A DNA stretch of 64,000 nucleotides, taken from the NCBI GenBank assembly GCA_951406725.2, contig OX597818.1:310001-374000 (forward strand). The letters are read 5' to 3'. A program made the translations under genes and the position numbers. Of this stretch, positions 53,465 through 64,000 are shown in pieces; positions within the stretch are counted from its first letter, which is position 1; each line of letters begins with the position of its first letter. The notes under the pieces are model-generated. The model searched no databases, was not told where the DNA came from, and saw nothing but the letters and a program-made list of their open reading frames with translations. The DNA comes from Octopus vulgaris. Its lineage: Eukaryota.

Positions 53465-53476
53465 CCGAAATTTTCG
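53465..53476 (-). CDS. Candidate 12-nt microexon (RKFR) of the host gene
   Basis: gtttattctgtttcttttacAG|CGAAAATTTCGG|GTAGGT; strong polypyrimidine tract, frame-preserving, two CpGs. Confidence 0.35.
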
Positions 53477-56400
53477 CTGTAAAAGAAACAGAATAAACAA
53501 TACTAAAGGATCTATTCAAATACATATACAGATACATATGTACACACACACACATTAAAATGAATTAGAATTAATTGCACATTTCCAGTATCACACAATA
53601 TATTACTTACAACCTGTATTTCCAGGAGCAAGTTTTCAATGAATGAAGATTATGTTAACAAAGATAAATATTACTGTCATCTTTGTTGATGACTGATTAA
53701 ACTCAGTTCTAGATCAATCAGAAATCTATAGATGCAACAACATTCCATATAGGAAGACCTAACTATTGGCCTAAATAGTTTTCTACTCAAGCACAGCATA
53801 TTGCTGAAGATCTCAGTCATTTGTCATGATCGAGACCTTCAGCAATATGCCATGCTTGAATAGAAAACCCATCAAGCCAACTGAAATTGTAGTCATGGCA
53901 GATAGTGGTGTCACACAACTGGCACCCATGCCGGTGGCACATAAAAGCATCCATTACGCTTTCAGGGTGCTTGGTGTTAGGAAGAGCATCTAACTGTAGA
54001 AACCATGCCAAATCAGACTTGAGTCTGGTGCAGCTCCTCAGCTTGTCAGCTCTGGTCAAACTGTCCAACCCATGCCAGCATGGACAAGATGTTAAATGAC
54101 GATGATGATGTGGAAATAGGCTGGACTTCACACACATGGTGCTCCCAGGACTATTTCATATCCCAGAGTACACTTTAACTACTGAGTTAGTGGAAGTTCT
54201 ATAAATAGTGAGCTCTTAGGAAAATACATAACGCTAATTTCCCTCTTATGAAATAAGGGCAGTTGATTAGATATCACTGGTATTTAACAGAGGGCCCTAG
54301 ATGAATGAAAAATCAAAATCAATCTCATCAATAGTGATAGAAATTTATAACTATGAAACATGTTTAATTAGTAGTAGATACATAAACAGAGAACTATGAA
54401 TGCACGCATGCACACACACACACCTGTAGGGAAACAAAAACAATTATCACTGTCTTAATTTCTGCTTCTTAAAAATCGAACATGACAAGAGAATGTGCTT
54501 TGATCTAAAACAATGAGATGCATTAAAAAAAGAGAATAACGATAAAGAAATATCAAATATATATATATACATATATATATAAAAAAGACTTATGGTTTTA
54601 TTTTTTTATACATTCAAGCCTTAAGTTTAGAGAGACTTCATTAAAAGAAAATTCCATATTGAAGATCAATTTCCTTTCCAATTTCTTTTGTCCTTGATGT
54701 AGATTTCCCATTCATCTCTCTTGTAGCCATTTCATTTACAAAACAATAACTGCTCCATCTCAAAGAACAAAACAGCTACATGTATAACCTTGGTTTTTCT
54801 AAATATCCCAACTCATTGCTACCTTTGCCTAAATCTTGTTAATAAATACACTACTCTGCATTTTTAACCCACAAAAGTTAATCCTCATAGAGAGCCCCAG
54901 AAACTGACACCTTACACAATCCTTCCACCTAAAACTACCTCCCTTCTAGAGATTACCCAGCTCACTGACGACTCCCTAACAACCACCATCATCAACCTTT
55001 GAAGCCCCTGCTCACTAATCACTCTCTAAGTAACAACTACTGTCAATCAGAATGAAATCCCAACAGCATATACATTTGTACTTTAAGAATATGTAGTTAT
55101 CATTCCCATTGTCTAATACAATAGAGAGTACATGAATAGTTAAGGATGGAAAGGGGGAAAAGATGTAGATTTAAACGAAGAGAAGTAAAATATCAATACA
55201 TTTTTCATCCTGTTTAAAACATCTTGAAGAAGCAGACAATAAAAACAGATTACATAAAACTTTTTTCACTACATAATTGAATTTCAGAAATTGTTTAGCT
55301 AAAATTCCACACAAATCATAAAGAATACACCATTTGCCTAGTAAAGTATTCCTTGAGACTTTTATATCAGTTTAAGATAATATTTCTGAATGTTATTATA
55401 TTTTTTTTATTATGGATATTGTAGGAAATGTGTTTTATAGAAACATATTGTGAAGCATACAGTATGAGGATATGAGATATAGGCATTATAGTATAAACAC
55501 TGAGACACAGTATAGTACAATAACAGTGGTGTTACTGACCGGGGTACAGTATGATACAATAGTTGTAGGATTGGTAACAAAGAATTGGGGCCAAATGAAA
55601 ATAAGCTCTCAAATGAACACACACACATACACAGGCAAAAAAGCAGATGAAATCTTTTTTTAGATTTCTCAGTCAGCTTCTGGAATGAGATCATTCAATC
55701 ACGCACACACACAATCATTTTTACATTTTTGCAGAGGGTAGATGGATCCTCTTCAATACAACATCCAACCATTTGTTGATTTCTTTGTCATCTCCTTTGT
55801 GAGATCAGCTTTTGCTATTTCTGCATCTGTCTTCCTTATGTCTCTCTCTTCCACAATTTCCTTCAACAATGCCAGAATCTTCTGGCATTTCTTTACTTCT
55901 CAATCATAATCCATATCTGGACCAAAAGAATTGTCTCTCTTACACACTACATTAATATTACACATTCAGATGCACACTTCATTTATTTCTTGCTTCTGTA
56001 CATACAGCATCACAGTTCATACAAGCATCATATAATCTATTCTTTACTTAAACAAAGAGAGAATTCTTTTGTTACTACAGTAATATTTCATTGAATGTTT
56101 TACACTTAGTCATCATCATGATCATCATTTAACGCCCACTTTCTATGCTGGCATGGGTTGGACGGTTTGACTGAGGACTGGTGAGCCAGATGGCTGCACC
56201 AGGCTCCAATCTGATCTGGCAGAGTTTCTACAGCTGGATGCCCTTCCTAAAGCCAACCACTCCGAGAATGTAGTGAGTACTTTTACGTGCCACTGGCACA
56301 AGGGCCAGTCAGGCGGTACTCACGACGGCCATGCTCAGATGCATAGGAGGCAGTCTAGCGGCACTGGCAACGACCTCACTCGAATGTTATTTATCACGTA

Positions 56401-56582
56401 CCACCGGCACAAGTGCTAGCAAGACGATGCTGGTAACGATCACGCTCGAATGGTGCTTTTTATGTGCCACTGGCACAGGAGACACTCAGCAGCCCTGGTA
56501 ACGATCACGCTTGCATGGTGCTTTTAACATTCCACTGGCACCTGTGCCAGTGGAATATTAAAAGCACCGTCAGAGCCTGGGC

Positions 56583-57252
56583 AGTATTTGCAAAGGGAAA
56601 CCATTCTTCCCATTGTCGACCTGATGTGAAATGCACAGACCCGTCACTGGAAGAAGGATATATGTATTTGCATTGGGACCCCTTCGCATCGAAGACCAGT
56701 GATTGTTGTGCACTGACAATGGGTAAATATCCAGAAACCCAGATCTGTGCATATCACTTCAGGTCGACGAGGGGAAAGATGGTTTCCTTTTGCAAATACT
56801 GATAGGGCACAGAAAGTGTGTCAATAGCCAGCTGGAGATGTTCTCCTGGGGCTACAAGCTACAGTAGCATCCACCCTTAGTGGTTGGCCACATTTAAGTG
56901 GCAATTATACTTCACATTGTCGTGCTGTTACTGTTTATACCGCGTTCAGAGATTTATTATTGCTTGCTTACACTTTTTCGTGATCAGTGACTTTCCGTCA
57001 CAGGAAAAAGGATTCATGTATTTGCATTGGGACCCCTTCGCATCGGAGACCAGTGATTGTCGTGCGCTAACCCAGGTCCATGCGTATCACGTCAGATCGA
57101 CAATGAGAAGGATGGTTTCCCTTTGCAAATACTGATAGGGCACAGAAAGTGTGTCAATAGCCAGCTGGAGAAGATGTTCTTCTGGGGCTACAACCTACAG
57201 AAGCATCCACCCTTAGTGCTTAGCCACATTTAAGTTGCAAATATACTTCACA
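56583..57252 (+). mobile_element. Retrozyme/PLE-like element: 354 bp tandem units plus an inverted 5' segment
   Basis: Units begin CCGTCAC at 56641 and 56995. 56583-56640 is an inverted copy of ~56740-56800. Homologous to the reverse complement of 26611-27103. Confidence 0.8.
56707..56751 (+). ncRNA. Hammerhead motif with G8A change; core deleted in the second unit (~57061-57085)
   Basis: TGTGCA-CTGACAA-TGGGT aaat ATCCA-GAAA-CCCAGA-TC-TGTGCA, at the position equivalent to the 26783 hammerhead. Confidence 0.65.
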
Positions 57253-57737
57253 TATATGTGTGTATATATATATATATAGCTGTTGTTGTTATGGTTGTTG
57301 GAAGGACAAAAAAAGAAAAAAAAAACTGTGCGGAGACAAATGTCTGGTTACGTCTCTTCCTCTATGTTCTCAGGTGAAACAGAGCCAAAGTAAAATGAAT
57401 ACCAGTAATACTATGGAACATTTCACCTCCATCTTCCCCCTAAAAATACTGTTACATAAATATGAGGAATTATTATTATCAAAGTTATATTACTTCTATC
57501 TCTAACATACTGCTGCTATTAATACCTACTTAACTACCTTCACCACTACTACAACAACCAGTACAACAAATACAACTTCCTACCACCACAAGGAGTACCA
57601 TTATCAGCCACTACTACTAGGTATTTATCAAGTTATTCTCTCTCTCTCTCTTTCTGTCTCCAGAGTCCCTGTTCACTATGTCACAATGTATTATTGATAA
57701 CTACCAACATCTGCTACTGCTACTACCATTTCTAGAT

Positions 57738-57768
<31 letters not shown>

Positions 57769-57949
57769 TCTATTTTTCTCTCCCAATAATGAAATTCAAA
57801 ATAATATCCTCTGGCTTTAAAGTCAATCTATGAAATATTTTTAAAAAGACATTTTTAGTGTTTAAAAAATATATATACTACTTCCTCCACCTCCTGCACC
57901 TTTCCAATAACATTCTACATGAAGAAGTGGCATACATACATATAGTCAC

Positions 57950-57950
57950 A

Positions 57951-58006
<56 letters not shown>

Positions 58007-58020
58007 TATATATATATATA

Positions 58021-58070
<50 letters not shown>

Positions 58071-58100
58071 TATATATATATATAAATATATATATATATA

Positions 58101-58151
<51 letters not shown>

Positions 58152-58236
58152 GAATATATATATATATATATATGAATATATATATATATGAATATATATA
58201 TATATATGAATATATATATATATATATATATGAATT

Positions 58237-58280
<44 letters not shown>

Positions 58281-58310
58281 TATATATACATATATATATA
58301 TATATATGCA
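57950..58310. repeat. (TA)n array with periodic TGAA interruptions
   Basis: Direct reading. Confidence 0.95.
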
Positions 58311-60097
58311 TACATATATTTATATACGCATACATATATATGTACACATACACATATATACATACAAATACATGTGTGTGATGTACACACACATACTTAT
58401 ACAAGATGTAGACATATGGAAACAAAACTACAATTTTTTTTTATTTTTGCTTTGCTTTTTGGCAACTTATGTCTTGAACTGTAAAAACCAGAAACAGAAC
58501 CACAATAAAAGGTATCTCTCTTTCTCTCTCTTCCTTGTTCTCTCACTCTCCTTCTCTCTCTAAGAGAATGAAGCTCTTTCCAACCAACCATATTACATCA
58601 CACTTAACTTAATCTTCTTCAATCATGACAAAAGATAGTATTTCAATATTAGCTGTTGTTTTAGCCCAGGGACATCTCTTGATGGAGGAGATGACTCACA
58701 ATTAATAGAGTTCTTAGTGTACCCATCATTGCTTTATTTTAAAGAGAAGAATATTGTACCTTAGACAGTATTATTATCCAGTATATCTATTTTTAAGATG
58801 GTAAGGTGTGGTTTGAAAATGAATTGGCTGCTGTTTCTTGTAATTTGAGCAACCAATAGATAAGACCATTGGATTGACAGAATCAGTTGCTACTTCTCTT
58901 TACATCTTGAGTTCAAATCTCATGCAGATCAACATTTTCTTTCATTCTTCTAGGGTCGATAAAGTAAGTACCAGTAAAATACTAGAGTTGATATACTCAG
59001 CAATTACTCTCCAGCCTTTTGCCTATGTTAGAAGTCCTTCATGTCACTAGTGAGGACAGTGAGACTGACTAAATTAGTTGAGCACAGGGCCAAATGTTGT
59101 ATTTAGTTTCAAATCCTGCCAGGGTCAACATTACCATTCATGCCTCCAGAATCAATAAAATTAGTTGTTGGGATATAGAAATGTATCCCTTTATAGATTT
59201 AGAGATTAATCTTTTAGTATTCAGATTGCTCAGTCAAATGTAATGTTTGTTTATTCACATTGTTTTGAGTTAATCATGAATTATCTTGGAGCTCTGAGAT
59301 ATGTGATTATTTGTTTTTAGAATGACATAGTAGGGTAGGTGAGAGAGGCCAGATCTGACTGGTTTGAACATAAAACAGGTAGAATATTTAGGCTGGTTAT
59401 GGCTGGTTTAAATGCTAAAGAGTTAAGAAATAAGTTAGTGTTAGATCTTTCAATAAGTTACTTAATTCTGCCATCTTGGCAAACCTAGAGACTTTACTAG
59501 TTTATGTACGTGGCTTACAACAAGTGATAAGCTATCTTTTTTTTTTTTCTCAGCCATGGTCCACAATACTTTTTATATCATCCATAAGCCAGACACTGTC
59601 AACTAAAGGAAAAATCAAGCTGCAATAGTCAAACATAAATTTAATTCAAATAATAAGAATAATCCTCTCAGGCACAAAGCCAAAAATTTTGAAGGAGAGA
59701 GCTAGTTGATTATATCAATCCTTAGTACCTGACTGGTACTTAATTTATGGACTTCGAATATATGAAAGGCAAAGTCAACCCTAGAGGCATTTGAATTCAG
59801 AGCATAAAGCTGGAAGAGATGTTGCTAAGTATTTTGTCTGGTATAAAGAACCAAGAGGAATGCCACTAAGCATCTTTGTCCAATTTTGCCAGCTCGTTGC
59901 CATAATAATAAGAACCATCATTAAACATATCTGAATGGGAAAAAACAGCAAATTAAATAAAAATAAAACAAATTAAATAGCTGAGTAATTGAGAAGTTTA
60001 TTTCCTAATCATCTTGTTGCAGGTTTAGTCCCACTATGTGGCATCTTCCACAAAATCAAAATTTTGTGAGTGTAAATTTAATAGACGCCCACCATGT

Positions 60098-60138
<41 letters not shown>

Positions 60139-60803
60139 CATGAGCACGTGTGTGTGTTTGTATGTTTGTATTTCCTTGTCTTCACATATGATAGAAATAA
60201 ACATGTCACTGTCATATAGGTAGTGCCCCATGTTCCCAACCTTCCATGAAAAGATGCCAGGCTAAGAGAAAATATTACCTTACATGGAAACAAGTGAAGA
60301 TTAGTGACAGGAAGGGCATCCAACTATAGAAAATCAGCCTTAGTGAATTCCATCTAACCCATTCAACCATGGAAAAGTTGTTATTAAAATGTTGATTCAC
60401 AAAAACATTTATACACACACAATTTTATGCTAAATAGACAAATGCTCCCACTTCTGAGCCATGTCACTAATCTTGTGTATCACTGAATTACAAGAAGAAG
60501 AGTGAACTGGTACACATGGTTATGGGTCATCATTTGTTTTCACGTCAAGCCATAAATATTCCTTGAAAAAGCACTGAGTTAGGAGCAGTGAAATCTCTAC
60601 TTTTGATTAATTTTATGGAATAAATCACTGAAGAAAATTAATAAAGTTTTATTATTCATTATTTTTTTAAATAGTTTAGAGGGTGGAAGAGCAGGTGCAT
60701 GTGGCTTCTGCACACCTGAGGCAGATGTAACCAGTATGGTTGATAACTATGAACTTCCAGACAACTGATATTCTGAGGAGGAAAGATTGGGCCAAGATAG
60801 AAA

Positions 60804-62637
60804 TTTCTGTTCTGAGTTCAATTCTTGCTGCAATTAAGTTTGTCTCACATGTACAGTTACTAAAATAAGAACCATGTAATTAAACTATTTTCTTGCTTGA
60901 CGACAAAAGAACTACTTAATTGACTCGTTTGGGGGTAGGGGGAAGACCCCTTTAGTTGACTATATTCCCTTTTTTTCCTTTTTGGAGCCAGAGGGCCATT
61001 TAGTTGACTAGTTAGGAGCAAAAGAGCCATTTAATTGATAATTATTCCATCTCGATAAATATATGAGAGGAAAGACACAACAGGAGGTGGGGTGGGGGAG
61101 ACTGGTAATTGGATGGGCCTAAGCGGATATGACACGAGATAAGTCAGATCTGATGAACAAAGGTCAGAGAGGAAGAGAACAACACATCAGTGGGCCAGAG
61201 GCTGGTGCATATTGATGACTTTTGTCTGAAGGTAGTCTATCAGTACTGCTGCAGATTTAGAAGTTAGTGTTAACATATTTAATGTAATTTCCAAATGTAG
61301 AACAAAAAGAGAGAGAGAGAAAATTTCATACATGCTTCTGCCTTATTAATCCTCATCAGTACAGCACGAACTTCACTGTAGTGATTGAAATAGGGACAGT
61401 TAATAAGAAGTACAATACTGTGCAGGTGTAGTCATGGAAATTAAAATGTTAAAATGGTGGTTGCTAAAGAAGTGACAAGACATTCAGTAATAAAATGCAT
61501 AATACTGCACAGGTGTGGGCAATGGAGATTAACATGTTAGAGAAAAAAATGATATGGATGAGTAGTTTAATTAACCAGTTTTACAAGTTGGGCAGAGTCA
61601 AAAAGATAGTTTCTTTACAAGGTTCAGGGTAGGGAATGGGTTAAAGTTGTCCTGAAACTTGCTGTATGGCTGACTACTTTCTTTTTTCTGTTTTATCTGG
61701 GTCATAAATTTTGAGTGAGTCTACTGCAATTGATGTTCAACTGAATTCTTCCTTATCACTATTGCTAGTTGCTGATAGTAGAAATACAAGGTGCAACAGA
61801 AAAGTCTCTCATATTTTACATGGTCATTGGTGTGGAGCTAGTGAAGTGAACTAGATGGTAATCATGTCTTCATGTAGCTAATTTTAAAAAAATTTTTTTG
61901 GTTTGGACTAGTGCACATTATGCATTTGCTATTGAAACATTTATTAACTTATAAAATGTGGGAGGTTTTTTGCTGCAATTTGTAGAAATTACAGTTTGTA
62001 ATGAAGGTTCAAATCAGAATTTGATGCCACATTGCAGGCTGGGATCACATTTTGTCAGTAATGTTCTCTTAATCCTTCAAGATGTTCATCAAGGATCTGT
62101 CAGCCCCTCCTTTTCACTAATAATCATCTATTAATGTGAAATACATCTATATATAACTGCTCCAACAAGGGAGCCTCTGTGTAGTCACTCAATCAGCTAG
62201 AAATAACAGTCAAAACTCTCTAATTACACTTTACACATATCAAAAATTCAAAGATACATTAGTAAATGTTACACTGCAAGAAACAGCTGGAATGTCTTTG
62301 ATCACAAGTCTGCTAAACCTGGGTCTACAAGGGTTAAACTACAATATTTTTTAATTCAATATAACTAGGGAGCTGCTTTAAATATAATTTAGAATTGTGT
62401 TACATGCCTTTCTGTTCTGAGTTCAATTCTTGCTGCAATTAAGTTTGTCTCACATGTACAGTACTAAAATAAGAACCATGTAATTAAACTATTTTCTTGC
62501 TTGACGACAAAAGAACTACTTAATTGACTAGTTTAGGGGTAGGGGGCAGACCCCTTTAGTTGACTATATTCCCTTTTTTTCCTTTTTGGAGCAAAAGAGC
62601 CATTTAATTGATAATTATTCCATCTCGATAAATATAT
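60804..62637. repeat. Near-identical ~230-260 bp direct duplication (60804-61064 and 62409-62637)
   Basis: Both copies read TTTCTGTTCTGAGTTCAATTCTTGCTGC...CCATCTCGATAAATATAT. The first has an extra ~30 bp. Confidence 0.9.
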
Positions 62638-63849
62638 TTGTAGCTTGGTGCCACTAAAGTGATGAATTATTAATCCAGTAATATTGTTATGTGTATGGAT
62701 GAGAATAGCTGTATAAAGTGCCAACTACTTTCAAGAGATGGAATCAATGGAAAAAAGAGAAACTAGGAAAATGTAGGATGAAGACTAATCACAGAATGTT
62801 GAGCCTCACAGAGAAGATTAGAAAAGAAAAAAGGACTAAGATGACTTTAGAAAATATTTGCATAATATAAAAAAATATATCAACATACTATTATATTAAA
62901 ATATATTACTAAAAAGAAACTTTTAGATGTAAATCTTGTATTTATTTATTAAAAATAACAATGCAATTAATAATGTTTCTGATAAATGAAGGTAGAGAAT
63001 AGCAACATCCTTGTTAAACATTAGAGAACATTGAAACTGATTAAAATGATGTTAATCAGCAAGCTCATTAGTAAGAGCTGTACAGAGATTTACTTTGATA
63101 AATTGTGTTAGAGATTTCTGATAAACCAGAAAGTTCCAGAAAAGAGAAATTACATTTCTAACATCGAAAATATCTTTCTATCAAATTACTGACTTCCAAT
63201 ATCAATGCTTCACTTTATTGTCATCAAATTTAATTACCAACTGCATGGAAAATGGACATTAAATGACAGTGATGATGGTGATGATTTTTTAAAACAGAAA
63301 TTATTTCTTTGATAATCAAAAAGTGTAAAGTATGTAGATAGGTGAGGGACGTGCAATGCTGTGACTTTTATAGCTGTGATTGGTGTTAACTTCCAGAATA
63401 TAACAAGTATGTTGTGAAGCACAATATTGACTTATTATAAGCCTTTAGTATATTTGGTAGTATATTATGGTGGCATAATGGAAAATGGTGTCCCTACCAG
63501 CAATTAATATACACAGAGCAGAGCCAATAGACTAATGACCAAACATAGGTGTGATTTCTGTCACTCTCAGTTACAAGCAGTGCTGCTCCAGGCAAACAGC
63601 AACATAGAACTACAAAGATGAAACCCATGGGTAGTAATAACTGAAGAGGGCCATACAAATGTGTGTGTGAATGTCTGTGCTCATGAATATAGAAGCTTAA
63701 ATGTTTAGCTGACACTTGCAAGTGAGTATGAGATGGTAGCTTGTACCTCACTTTTGCTAGTTGTTTTAGATGACTATGTAGTTGCAAGTAGACACAGGCA
63801 TCTTTTTAGCCTTTCCACACTTAACTCAATGAAACATCAAGGATGTGAC

Positions 63850-64000
63850 AGCTGGAGGAAGAGAAGGTCACACCAGCACCAGGCTGGTACTCATTTATAG
63901 CTGGATAGATTAAAGCAATATGAACTGAAGTGCCTTGCTCAAGGATACAACACACTGCAAAATCCAGGAATCAAACTCATGATCTTATGGTCGTGAACCT
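63850..64000 (-). mobile_element. tRNA-derived SINE (third family; also 22170-22345)
   Basis: Shared GCTGGT(A/T)CTCATTTA..G...GAAG..CCTTG..CAAGGA.ACAA core between the two copies. Confidence 0.7.

Noticed and set aside
60804-62637. LTR retrotransposon
   Set aside because: No TG...CA ends, PBS, PPT, TSD or gag/pol remnants recognised.

Overview
AT-rich, repeat-dense eukaryotic genomic DNA, most likely from an octopod cephalopod (inferred from the giant (TA)n arrays and the SINE/LINE repertoire). The window appears to be almost entirely intronic sequence of a minus-strand PHLDB/LL5-like gene, with three phase-0 coiled-coil exons (44194-44385, 42801-42893, 34915-35025) and two candidate small exons. 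Positions 1-34 kb are a pile-up of retroelements inserted into (TA)n tracts: a Penelope-like element with an open RT-thumb/GIY-YIG frame, a near-complete CR1-group LINE (intact APE-RT ORF2, ORF1 with two CCCH fingers), several 5'-truncated CR1-group copies, RTE relics, a Tc1 and a mariner relic, a small Helitron, piggyBac-type MITEs and many SINEs. The most striking hidden layer, not explained by the ORF track, is about 17 type I hammerhead-ribozyme motifs of roughly ten sequence families, read by eye. They sit in short non-coding Penelope-type terminal repeats or retrozyme-like units arranged as inverted pairs or 350-510 bp partial tandems. Their cores include canonical C3-G8, U3-A8 and an apparent G3-C8 swap. 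Almost all (IY)n, (CV)n and (TH)n ORFs in the track are microsatellite artefacts.
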